Below are positions 47,575 through 57,727 of a stretch of 64,000 bases of DNA, in pieces. A model generated the notes under the pieces. The model searched no databases and had not been told where the DNA came from. It saw only the letters and a program-made list of their open reading frames with translations. Each line of letters begins with the position of its first letter. The first letter of the stretch is position 1. The position numbers and the translations under genes are program-made. Source of the DNA: an uncultured Gemmatimonadales bacterium (lineage in GTDB: Bacteria; Gemmatimonadota; Gemmatimonadetes; Longimicrobiales; RSA9); contig CAWCRS010000009.1 of assembly GCA_963798085.1 (NCBI GenBank), positions 224,001-288,000 of the forward strand. Reading direction: 5' to 3'.

Positions 47575-49990
47575 ATGAGTCTGTCCATGGACCTGCGCGT
47601 GGCGCTGCGCGGGCGTGCGTCGAGACCCGGCCCTTTCCCTGATCGCGGTGCTGGTGCTGGGGCTGGGCATCGGACTCACCGCGGCGATGTTCAGCGTGGT
47701 GCGCAGCCTGGCGCTGCGCGGTCTGCCGGTGCCGGAAGGCCAGCGCATCGTCGACATCGAGCGGCGGCCGCACGGCGCGACCGGCGAAGGCTGGGGCGTA
47801 CAGCCACGCGACTGGGTGGCGTGGCAGGAGCAGCAGCACACGCTGGAAGGCCTTGCCATCTATTCAACGAACACGGTGGCCGTGCGCGTGGACCGCGGCG
47901 CGTGGCGTTATCCGGCCGCGCAGGTGAGCGCCAATGCGTTCGAGCTGTTGCGCGTGCACGCGGCGCTGGGACGCACCTTCCGCACGGGCGATGATGCGGA
48001 AGGCGCGGATCCCGTGGTCGTGCTGGGTCACGATCTGTGGCGCGACCGCTTCGACTCCGATCCCGGCGCGGTGGGCCGCACCCTCTTCGTCGACGGCGTG
48101 GCGCACGTCGTGATTGGCGTGATGCCCGCCGGCTTCCGCTTCCCTTCCAGCGAAGATCTGTGGCTGCCGTTCGTGATTCCGGCCAGCGCGGTGACGTCCA
48201 CGAGCTTCCCCAGCTTTGGCGTGTTCGCGCGGCTGGCGCCCGGCGTTTCGCGCCGTCAGGCGAGCGCTGATTTCGCGGTGATCGCGGCGCGGCTGGAAGC
48301 GCAGTACCCGGCGACGAACCACAACATGGGTGTCGCCATCAAGTCCTTCACGGCTCGCGCCATGGGTGAAGCCGCAATCGCGCAGATGCTGGTGATCCTG
48401 GGCGCCGTCGGCCTGGTCCTGCTGATCGCGTGCGCGAACGTGGCCAACCTGCAGCTGGTGCGCGCGATTCATCGCATGCGCGACCTCTCCGTGCGCGCAT
48501 CACTGGGCGCCACCCGCGGCCGGCTCATGGCGCAGGCGCTCACGGAGTCGACCGTGCTGGCGCTGCTGGGCGCCGCGCTGGGCGTGCTGGTGGCGCTGGC
48601 CGCCACCGGCGGTCTGCGCCACTGGCTCACGAGCCGCCTGCCCTACTGGGCCGTGTTCCGGCTGGATGGCATGACTCTGCTGTTCGTGATGGCCGTGGCG
48701 CTCGGCGCCGGCCTGCTCGCGGGTGCGCTGCCTGCACTGAAGGCGGGGCGCGCCTCAATGCACGATGCGCTGCGCGATGAGGCGAGAGGCTCGACCGGAT
48801 TCCACTCTGGTCGCGCCATGCAGACGCTGGTCGTGCTCGAGATCGCGCTCTCGCTGGCACTCATGGTTGCGACCGGACTCATGCTGCAGGCAGTGCGTCG
48901 CGTGCGTGACGTGCGCGCCGGCTTCGCTGTGGATCGGACGGTGACCGCGCAGGTGACGGTGCCCGACGCGTGGGATGCGGCGGCCCGCCTGCGTTTCGCG
49001 GTGAGCCTGCAGACAGCCCTGACGCAGGCGCCGGGCGTGGCTACGGCGGTGCTTGCCTCGAATCTGCCGACCACGCGCGCGAACACGACGCGCTACGCGC
49101 TCCAGGGCCAGGCGTACGACGAGGATCGCGCCATGCCGTACGCGCGGCTGGTGTCCGTGTCGCCGGGCTTCTTCGAGCAGTTTGGTGCGGCGGCGCGGGC
49201 CGGCCGGTTGTTCGACAGCCATGATGGCGCGGCGGGCGAGCCGGTCGCCATCATCAACCAGCGGCTGGCAAACACGCTGTTCGGGAGCGCCGATCCGCTG
49301 GGCCGGAGCATTCGCACGGGTGGCAGGGAGTCGCAGCAGCCGTGGCGTCGCATTGTGGGCGTGGTGCCCAACCTGTGGATCGCCGGACTGGATGCGTTCC
49401 CGGACCGCAATCCGGCGGGCATCTACGTGCCGCTGGCACAGCAGCCGCCGGCCACGCTGGCGATCGCGCTGCAGGTACGGGGCGAGACCGCGGCACCTGC
49501 GGCCGCGATTCGCGAGGCGGTGGCAGCGCTGGCGCCGGATGTGCCCGTGTACGACAGCAAGCTCATGGGCGAAGTGATCGAGGATAACAGCTGGTTCTAC
49601 GGCATGGCGGCCACACTCGTGGGCACGTGCGGCGTGGCCGCAATGCTGCTCGCCACCATCGGACTGTACGGCGTGATCGCGTTCACGGTGGGCCGGCGCA
49701 CACGCGAGTTCGGCATCCGCATGGCGGTGGGTGCGCGGCCCGGCAGCATTGTGGCGCTGGTGCTGCGGCGAGGCTGGCTGCAGACGGGCATTGGCATGAC
49801 ACTGGGTTTCGCACTGGCGGCTGTGATTGGTGGCGGCCTGAGTACACTCGTGTTCGAGGTGAACCCGCACGATCCCGTGGTTTTTGCCACATTCGGCCTG
49901 CTGCTGATCCTGGTGAACATGACCGCCACGCTGGCGCCTGCGCTGCGCGCCGCGCGCATCGATCCGCTGCAGGCGCTGCGCTCGGAATAG
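47575..49990 (+). CDS. Duplicated orphan ABC permease (ADOP-like), frameshift near 47612
   Basis: MDLRVALR joins RRDPALSLIAVL..ACANVANL..REFGIRMAVGA..DPLQALRSE. Confidence 0.9.
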
Positions 49991-49997
49991 CACGACC

Positions 49998-50609
49998 GTG
50001 CCGCGCCCGGTCGTCACGGTGTACGGCGGGGGCGGCGCCGGCGGCAGTGGCCGCAACAGCGTGTTTGCCGCCGCGGCCGCCTGGGCCACGGGACGGAATC
50101 CCTGGGCGCGTCTGGGGCTGCTGCTCGGCATGACATGGGTGTTCTGGCGGCATCTGCGGGACACCGGCTACAACAGCCTGCTGGGCGGCCTCAACCTCGG
50201 CATCCACGAGCTGGGCCACGTGGTATTCTCGCCCTTCGGGCAGTTCCTCGCGATTGCCGGCGGTACCCTCCTGCAGTGCGCGGCACCCATCATTGCCGGT
50301 GTTCTCTTCTGGCGGCAGCGGGATTATTTCGCGATCGCTTTCGCACTCTGCTGGCTGGGCACGAACTTCTTCGCCATTGCGCCGTACGCCGCGGACGCCA
50401 TCGTGCAGGAGCTGCCACTGGTGTCCGTGGGCTCGGGCGAGCCGATTCACGACTGGGGCTACATGCTGGGGCGTCTGGGCTGGATGCATCACGCCACCAC
50501 CGTGGGCGGTCTGTTCCGCGCGGCGGGCGCCAGCGCCATGCTGTGCGGGCTGCTGGCTGGAGGCTGGCTGGTGTGGCAGAATGCTGCGCACGCGCGAGGA
50601 GGCACATGA
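49998..50609 (+). CDS. Membrane protein with HExxH motif (M50B-like)
   Basis: IHELGH in a TM segment, GGTLLQ, HDWGYML. Confidence 0.75.
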   Translation: MPRPVVTVYGGGGAGGSGRNSVFAAAAAWATGRNPWARLGLLLGMTWVFWRHLRDTGYNSLLGGLNLGIHELGHVVFSPFGQFLAIAGGTLLQCAAPIIAGVLFWRQRDYFAIAFALCWLGTNFFAIAPYAADAIVQELPLVSVGSGEPIHDWGYMLGRLGWMHHATTVGGLFRAAGASAMLCGLLAGGWLVWQNAAHARGGT

Positions 50610-51832
50610 GAACACGACCAGGCCGTGACGCTTCAGGTCAGAAGCGGAACCCGAAGCGGCGTCGTCGCCTGCTCCTGCTGTTTCCGGGACTGCTGGCCGC
50701 ACTGGCGCTGCGCGGTCCCTCACCCGGGCCAGCGGGTGTGCCTGACAAGGAGTCAGGCGACCGGCGGCTTCCGCTGGCCGGCGCCGCGCTGCGCACTTCC
50801 AGCGGGCGCCTGCTGCGCGCCGATGTGGTGGCGAGCGGGCTGGACACGCCCTGGGATCTGGCGTGGGGCCCGGACGGCGCGCTCTGGTTCACGGAGCGGC
50901 CGGGGCGGGTGTCGCGGCTGGACCTGGCGACCCGCCGGGTCACGCGGGTGGCGGACATTGCGGTGGTCGAGTCGGGCGAGAGCGGACTCCTGGGCATGGC
51001 CTTCCATCCCGACTTTCCCAGCCAGCCGTACGTGTACTTCGCGCACTCCTACCGCGGCCTGACCGGCATCAGGAACCGGCTGATCCGCATGACCTGGCGC
51101 AGCGGCAGGCTGGAGGACCCGAAGACGCTGCTGGAGGGCATCAATGGCGGCGGCATCCACAACGGCTCCCGCCTCACCGTCGGGCCGGATCGCATGCTGT
51201 ACATGACCACCGGCGATGCCGGCAACGGGGATCACGCGCAGGACAAACAGTCGCTTAACGGCAAGATCCTGCGCCTCACGCTGGATGGCCGGTCCCCGCC
51301 CGACAATCCTTTCGGCAGCGCCGTCTGGACCTGGGGCCACCGCAATCCGCAGGGCATTGCGTTCCGGCCGGGCACGGCGGAGCTGTACGAGACCGAGCAC
51401 GGGCCCAGCGATGCCGACGAAGTCAACCGCATCGAGAAGGGTCGCAATTACGGCTGGCCCGAGGTGCACGGCGCCTGCGACCGCGCCGACGAGGTGGAGT
51501 TCTGCCGCACGCACGAGGTAATGGAGCCGATCACCGAATACACCCCCACCATCGGCATTTCCGGCCTCGCCTTCTATGATAACACTGTTGTTAGCGGCTG
51601 GCAGGGCAGCATGCTGTACACCTCGCTGGTCGGCCGCAAGCTCATCCGCCTGGTGCTCACGGGCGACGGCCGCCATGCGGCGAGCCAGGAGATCGTCATC
51701 AACGGCCAGTACGGCCGCCTGCGTGATGTGCTGGTGGCGCCCGACGGCGCCGTCTACATCGCGACCAGCAACAAGGACGGCCGCGGCACCCCCGCCCCCG
51801 GCGACGACCGCATCATCCGCATTACTCCATAG
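50606..51832 (+). CDS. PQQ-dependent (glucose/sorbosone) dehydrogenase family protein
   Basis: GLDTPWDLAWGPDG..TERPGR, GLLGMAFHP, HNGSRL, GHRNPQG, EHGP, NYGWP, GRLRDV. Confidence 0.92.
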   Translation: MRTRPGRDASGQKRNPKRRRRLLLLFPGLLAALALRGPSPGPAGVPDKESGDRRLPLAGAALRTSSGRLLRADVVASGLDTPWDLAWGPDGALWFTERPGRVSRLDLATRRVTRVADIAVVESGESGLLGMAFHPDFPSQPYVYFAHSYRGLTGIRNRLIRMTWRSGRLEDPKTLLEGINGGGIHNGSRLTVGPDRMLYMTTGDAGNGDHAQDKQSLNGKILRLTLDGRSPPDNPFGSAVWTWGHRNPQGIAFRPGTAELYETEHGPSDADEVNRIEKGRNYGWPEVHGACDRADEVEFCRTHEVMEPITEYTPTIGISGLAFYDNTVVSGWQGSMLYTSLVGRKLIRLVLTGDGRHAASQEIVINGQYGRLRDVLVAPDGAVYIATSNKDGRGTPAPGDDRIIRITP

Positions 51833-52095
51833 CTCTCTTCACCTCGGAGAGCGCGGTGGGCGTGGAGGCTGCTGCGCATGTGGGAGCGCCGAGGGCGATT
51901 GAACGGACGGATTGCTGGTTTACCGCGAAGTGCACGGAGGGCGCAGGCTGCAGAAACGGGCGGGCGGGGCGTGGAGCGAGCCGTGAGCCTTGCGATGAGC
52001 GCCTCGACTGGCGGGGTGCGCGGGTGAATGCCACTGGACTTCGGAGTTGCGGCAGCAGGTTTGCTGCCATCCACCCTTCAACCTGGTGAGCTGCA

Positions 52096-55000
52096 ATGCG
52101 CGCGTACGCACGAGTTCCGGCCATGGTGCTGCTCGTCGGTTTCACTGCCAGTCTGCTCGCGCGACGGGCGAGCGCACAGACGGCGGCGCAGAACGACAGC
52201 GCGGCGGCGGCCGCGTTGAAGGCGAAGTCGCTGCCGCTGATCGCGACGCGCACGCTCGATTTCACGACGGACGAAGGTTCCTGGATCTCGCTCAATGTGT
52301 CGCGCGACGGGAACACGATCGTGTTCGAGCTGCTGGGCGATCTCTACACGCTGCCGATCGCGGGGGGCACGGCCACGCGTATTACCAGCGGACTCGCGTA
52401 CGACATGCAGCCGCGCTTCTCGCCGGACGGCCGGCGCATCGTCTTCATCAGCGATCGCAATGGCGCGGAGAACGTGTGGATCGCGGATGCGGATGGGTCG
52501 CACGCGCGTGCGCTCACGACCACCGAGCGCGACAGTTACATGTCGCCGGTCTGGACGCCGGATGGCCAGTACGTGATTGCCGCGAAGGGCGCGCAGCTGT
52601 GGCTCTACCATCACGAGCGTGGTTCCGGTCTGCAGCTCACGGGCAATCGCGGTGCCGGTGCAACCGCCGCACCCGGTGCGCCCGGACAGGCCGCACCCGC
52701 ACTGCTCGGCCCCGCTTTCGGCAGTGACCCGCGCATCCTCTGGGTCAACGTGCGCGGTTCGGTTACGAGCGGCTTTGCGGCTGCGGCGCGCGAGCCGTGG
52801 GATGATGATTTCGATCCCGCCGATGCGCGCAGCTCGGCGCGCGTGGTAGGGCCGTACCAGATCGGGCAGTACGACCGCGAGAACGGGCGGCTTCGCTTGC
52901 GCACGCACGAGATGGAAGGCGCGTTCCGGCCGGTGCCCAGCCCGGATGGAAGGTGGCTGGTCTACACGACGCGCTACGATGCGCGCGAGGCGCTCAAGCT
53001 GCTCGACCTCGGCACCGGCGAGGAACGCTGGCTGGTGATGGATGTGCAGCGCAATGACAGCGACGGCGGCGGTTCGCGCGATCGCAATGTCTACCCGGGC
53101 TCGGCGTTCACGCCCGACTCGCGCTTCCTGATCACGAGTTATGGCGGGAAGATCTGGCGCGTGGCCGTACCCACGGGTGAAGCGACGCAGATCCCGTTCA
53201 GCGCGCACGTGCAGCAGCAGATGGGAGCGCTCTCGCACTTCGAGTATCCCATCAACGATTCGGTGCTGACCGTGACGCAGATCCGCGGCGCGCGTCCCTC
53301 GCCCGATGGCCGGCGGGTGGTGTTTGCAGCGCTGGACCACCTCTGGATCGCGGACCTGCCGGCCGGCCGCGGCGGGCCGCCCGCCGACAACGAACCGCAT
53401 GCGACGATTCGCGACGCCACCCGTCTGACAGCGTCCGCGGATGTCGAGCACGCTCCCGTGTGGTCGCCGGATGGCCAGTACATCGCATGGATCACCTGGA
53501 ACGACTCCACAGGCGGCGACATCTGGCGCATGCGCGCGAGTGGCGCAGGACAGCCCGAGAAGCTGACCCGCAGTCCGGCGTTCTACGACAGGCTCGCGTA
53601 CTCGCGCGATGGCTCACGACTCATCGCGGTGCGCGGCTCGAAGATGCACCGCATGCGCACGCTCGAGGACTTCGGCAACAACGACGCTTCGGCGGAACTG
53701 GAGTACGCCTGGATGCCCGCCGGCGGCGGCGACATGCAGCGCATCGCCTGGGTGGGGAGCGGCGCGACACAGGAAGGCCGCAATGAGCCACACATCGGAC
53801 CGGACTCGTCGCGCATCTATGTGTGGGCCGGCAGCGAAGGTCTCATCTCAATGCGTTACGACGGCACCGACATCCGCACGGTAGTGAAGGTGAGCGCGCC
53901 GCCGCAGCCGGGGAGCACGGGGCCCGCGCCACCGCCGGAGGAGGTGCTGCTCTCGCCCGACGGCACGCGTGCGCTGGTGTACGCCAACCGCAATGTCTAC
54001 ATGATCACGGTGCCACCGGTGGCCGGTGACGCGCCGGCGGTCTCGGTGGCGGCGTCGTCTTCGGTGCCGACCTGGCGACTTACCCGCATTGGCGGCGACT
54101 TCATTGGCTGGCGCCAGGACGGCGCCGTGGCCTACTACTCCATCGGTCGCAGCCTCTTCCTCTACGACATCGCCATGGCGGACTCGCTGCACGCCGATTC
54201 GCTGGCGCGCGCGCGCGCTGACACGGCGAGGACCCGCGCAGCCGGCGATTCGGCCGCGGCCGGCGCACGGGCACGACCGGCGTACGAGCCGCACCGTGTC
54301 AATGTCGAGATCACCGCAAGGAAGGACAAGCCCGGCGGAACGCTGGTGCTGCGCGGCGCCCGCATCATCACCATGAAGGGCGACGAGATCATCCCGTCCG
54401 GGGACATCGTGATCCGCGACAACCGCATCGCCGCAGTGGGCGCGCGCGGCAAGGTCGCGGTGCCTGCGAACGCACGTGTTATCGACGTGAGCGGCAAGAC
54501 CATAATTCCCGGCTACGTCGACATCCACGCGCACACCTGGGTGGCGTGGGGCGTGCACCGCAGCCAGGTCTCGCAGTTCATGGCGCAGCTGGCGTACGGC
54601 GTGACCACGCAGCGCGACCCGCAGACATCGTCGGAGGACATCCTCACCTACAGCGACCGCATGGAGATGGGCGAGCTGATCGGACCTCGCCTGTACTCGA
54701 CCGGCCCGGGCATCTTCGCCTCGGACAACATCCACAACCTGGCGGAAGCCCGCGACGTGGTGCGCCGCTACGCGGATTATTTCAACACGCACACGATCAA
54801 GCAGTACCTGGTGGGGGACCGCAAGGTGCGGCAGTGGGTGATCATGGCGGCGCGTGAGCTGGGACTGACACCGACCACCGAGGGCGGCTCCAACTTCACG
54901 ATGAACCTCACGCTCATGCAGGACGGCTACGCCGGACTCGAGCACGCGCTGCCCATCAGCCCATTCTACAACAATGTGGTCCAGCTGGAGCGCACCAGTG

Positions 55001-55563
55001 GCATCACCTACACACCCACACTGATCGTGAGTTATGGCGGGCCGTGGGGCCGCGACTACTACCTCACCCGCACCAACATCGACGAGAACGCGAAGCTGCA
55101 CCACTTCACACCACACGATGAGCTGGACAAGTGGCAGACCGCGACGTTCAACCGCACGGACCAGTACGTCTACACGCTGCACGCGCAGCAGCTCAAGAAG
55201 GTGGTGGAAGCGGGCGGCCGCGTGGGCCTCGGCTCACACGGCGAGGTGCAGGGGATCGGCGTGCACTGGGAACTGTGGATGATCGGCTCGGGCGGCATGC
55301 GGCCGCATGATGTTCTGCGCATCGCCACACTGTACAGCGCGGACGCGATCGGCTTGAGCCGGGACATCGGTTCGCTCGAGCCCGGCAAGCTGGCGGACCT
55401 GCAGATTCTCGACGCCAACCCGCTCGACAAGCTCGAGAACAGTACGTCGATTCACTATGTGATGAAGAACGGGCGGCTGTACGAGGCCGCCACGCTGAAC
55501 GAAGTCTGGCCGCGGCAGCGGGTGCTGCCCACGCAGTGGTGGTGGCGGGTGGAGCCCCGGTAG
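52096..55563 (+). CDS. Secreted TolB/PD40-repeat amidohydrolase
   Basis: PRFSPDG/PVWTPDG repeats; IIPGYVDIHAH; GSHG; GSLEPGKLADL. Confidence 0.9.
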   Translation: MRAYARVPAMVLLVGFTASLLARRASAQTAAQNDSAAAAALKAKSLPLIATRTLDFTTDEGSWISLNVSRDGNTIVFELLGDLYTLPIAGGTATRITSGLAYDMQPRFSPDGRRIVFISDRNGAENVWIADADGSHARALTTTERDSYMSPVWTPDGQYVIAAKGAQLWLYHHERGSGLQLTGNRGAGATAAPGAPGQAAPALLGPAFGSDPRILWVNVRGSVTSGFAAAAREPWDDDFDPADARSSARVVGPYQIGQYDRENGRLRLRTHEMEGAFRPVPSPDGRWLVYTTRYDAREALKLLDLGTGEERWLVMDVQRNDSDGGGSRDRNVYPGSAFTPDSRFLITSYGGKIWRVAVPTGEATQIPFSAHVQQQMGALSHFEYPINDSVLTVTQIRGARPSPDGRRVVFAALDHLWIADLPAGRGGPPADNEPHATIRDATRLTASADVEHAPVWSPDGQYIAWITWNDSTGGDIWRMRASGAGQPEKLTRSPAFYDRLAYSRDGSRLIAVRGSKMHRMRTLEDFGNNDASAELEYAWMPAGGGDMQRIAWVGSGATQEGRNEPHIGPDSSRIYVWAGSEGLISMRYDGTDIRTVVKVSAPPQPGSTGPAPPPEEVLLSPDGTRALVYANRNVYMITVPPVAGDAPAVSVAASSSVPTWRLTRIGGDFIGWRQDGAVAYYSIGRSLFLYDIAMADSLHADSLARARADTARTRAAGDSAAAGARARPAYEPHRVNVEITARKDKPGGTLVLRGARIITMKGDEIIPSGDIVIRDNRIAAVGARGKVAVPANARVIDVSGKTIIPGYVDIHAHTWVAWGVHRSQVSQFMAQLAYGVTTQRDPQTSSEDILTYSDRMEMGELIGPRLYSTGPGIFASDNIHNLAEARDVVRRYADYFNTHTIKQYLVGDRKVRQWVIMAARELGLTPTTEGGSNFTMNLTLMQDGYAGLEHALPISPFYNNVVQLERTSGITYTPTLIVSYGGPWGRDYYLTRTNIDENAKLHHFTPHDELDKWQTATFNRTDQYVYTLHAQQLKKVVEAGGRVGLGSHGEVQGIGVHWELWMIGSGGMRPHDVLRIATLYSADAIGLSRDIGSLEPGKLADLQILDANPLDKLENSTSIHYVMKNGRLYEAATLNEVWPRQRVLPTQWWWRVEPR

Positions 55564-55828
55564 CCGGACCGTCTTGGCGTTCTTGGGTTAGGCCTGATCA
55601 GACATGCGACCCGGCCTCAAGCCTTCCCGCCTGCCATGCCCGCGGCGCGGCCAGCCATGGAGATCGGGGGTCCAGGCGGTAGAATTACGCGTCCACGCAC
55701 AATGCTCCGGCACGAAAGTGCTGCACATCCGGGCTGCGACGCGTGGAATCGCTCGTTCGCAGGCGTTCTTGAGGCACAGGCATGGGAGCAGCGGCCACAA
55801 CCCAAGAACGCCAAGACGGTCCGGAACC

Positions 55829-56239
55829 TCAGCGCGACACGCCAAAGGTGCCGCGCACACCCACCCCGTTGCTCCACTCGCCCTGCACTCTTCCGCCGTT
55901 GACCTCGCCGTCCAGCAGCCACTCGTCGCCGCCCGTGCGCTTGAGCCGCAGGTGCACCCGACCATTCGCTGCCGACCCCGTCAGCTCGCCGCCTGACTGC
56001 TCTACGCTCGCCCGGCTACCTACCCTCTTGGACAGGATGAGCCGGTAGTTGCCGCTGACCTGCCCGTTCGCGTCGATCAGCGTGAGGGTGAGCGCGCCAC
56101 CATCATAGGCCGGGTGACTCAGCGTGCCCTGCCAGGTCCCGCTCACGTCCGGCTCCGTCTCCGGACCGCTCATGTCCTTGCACGCACCAGTCACCGCCAC
56201 CGCCAGCACCAGCATCCACAGATTCCGTCGCGCCCGCAT
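55829..56239 (-). CDS. Small hypothetical lipoprotein
   Basis: TGAC lipobox, DVSGTWQG beta-rich body, GAAGGAG RBS. Confidence 0.75.
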   Translation of the reverse strand: MRARRNLWMLVLAVAVTGACKDMSGPETEPDVSGTWQGTLSHPAYDGGALTLTLIDANGQVSGNYRLILSKRVGSRASVEQSGGELTGSAANGRVHLRLKRTGGDEWLLDGEVNGGRVQGEWSNGVGVRGTFGVSR

Positions 56240-56491
56240 CGGTCGGCTCCTTCGAGAGTAGTCTCAGCGTCTTCTACTCAGAAGGGCGACAGAACCCGGG
56301 CTCCACCCTCATCGCGGGCAGATCGCGGTGTCCGTGACCGACCGACGGACGGCCAGGAACGGGCGACCGCGTACGCCGGACCCTCCTCCGCCAGCCTGGC
56401 CTCCGCGGCTGCCCGGCCAACTGCTGCCACCGGAAAAGCCGAGTCGCGCTCACTCGTCCCGTGGAACGCAGCCACGCGCTCGTCCAGTTGT

Positions 56492-56790
56492 CTATAACAT
56501 AGTGTTATAGGGAGACCGTTCGCGCAACCACGCGGAGATCTCCGCCGGCCGCATTCAGTCCAGGCGAGGACGCCTGCACCGGCACTTCTGACATCGTGTT
56601 ACAAGCGGGACACGCGCACACGCAACCAGGCAGAGGTCGCCTCACAACGTTCGCGGCAATCCCCAGCCGGTCATCCTGCCGGCACTTCTGACATCGTGTC
56701 ATAAGCAGGGAACGTGCACACGCAACCAGGCGGAGACCCAGGCACTTCTGACATCGTGTTACAGGTGCCGCGCACGCACACACACTACTG
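56492..56790. repeat. Three direct repeats GGCACTTCTGACATCGTGTYA (56581, 56681, 56741) plus a related perfect palindrome (56492-56510)
   Basis: Read directly from the sequence; the first two copies stay similar for about 55 bp. Confidence 0.9.
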
Positions 56791-56838
56791 CCCGATTTCT
56801 GGTGGTTCCGTGATTGGGGCAGCGCGTCCTTGACGCAG

Positions 56839-57570
56839 TCAGCGATTCCTTGCCGCCTTGCCCGGCGCGCGCAGCGCACTCGGCGGTGAAGCCACCGCAG
56901 GGAGGAGCCGGTGGAGGATAGCATCGGCCGGGGCGTGGACGGCGGCGGGCAGCGGCAGGGAGATCGCATCAACGAAGGCGTTGGGTTCGCGCAGGCGGAG
57001 GCTCAGCACGTCGCCCGATCACGAATAGCTCATGAACTTCGACCACGGGGACAGGTAGCCCAGGTTGAGGAGGCCATTCTGGCGCAGCTCCAGGCGGCTG
57101 CGGGCCCGCAGCAGGGCAGCCGTGGCGGCACTGAGCCCCGCGAGATCGAGACCAATGCCGGAAAGACTGAAATCGTGGCCGATGAATTTGCTGAGTATGT
57201 GCCCGCTGATGGACACGCCCAGGAGCACGACGCCGAGCCGAAGGTGCGAGCGCTGCGGCGTCGGGCCGGCATCGAGGAGGAGGGCACCGGACCCGAGGCG
57301 GCGGCGTCGCCATTGCACCAGGTCGCGGGCCTCCAGGACGGCTGCGGCCAAACCGAGCGCGGCACCGAAGCGCTGCAGTACGCCGGGGGTGATCGTATGG
57401 TGGCGGGCCAGCAGGATCCCCGCGAGTACGGCGACGCTGGGCAGCAGCAAGGTCAAGCCCAGGACGACTCTGGCTCGTTTGTTGACGCGGCGCCAGACGC
57501 CTCGCAGAGAAAACGCGAGAGCGCCCGCCATTGCTACCGCCGCAAGCAGCATTACACCCATGTTGTGCAC
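56839..57570 (-). pseudogene. Membrane protein interrupted by an in-frame TGA at 57019-57021
   Basis: Several TM helices; the frame reads on SYS*SGDVLSLRLREP.. to a stop at 56839. Confidence 0.5.
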
Positions 57571-57727
57571 CCCGGGGGAACAACCATGCCTGCCTGACTC
57601 GACGGGCAGCGAGTGTGTCCTTCCCGAAGCCGGGGAGCGAACGGGCCGTGGCCCGGCTGAAACGGACGGCGGGACCCGGCCGTAATGGCGGGTCAGTTCC
57701 CCGGACCCGCTCAGACGACGAGGCTCG

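Noticed and set aside
56581..56790. Three 21-bp direct repeats as a mini CRISPR array
   Set aside because: Spacing is irregular (100 and 60 bp), the 'spacers' resemble each other, and there are no cas genes in the window.
57019..57021. TGA recoding (Trp or Sec)
   Set aside because: TGA terminates many genes in the window, and there is no Cys-type context or evident SECIS hairpin.
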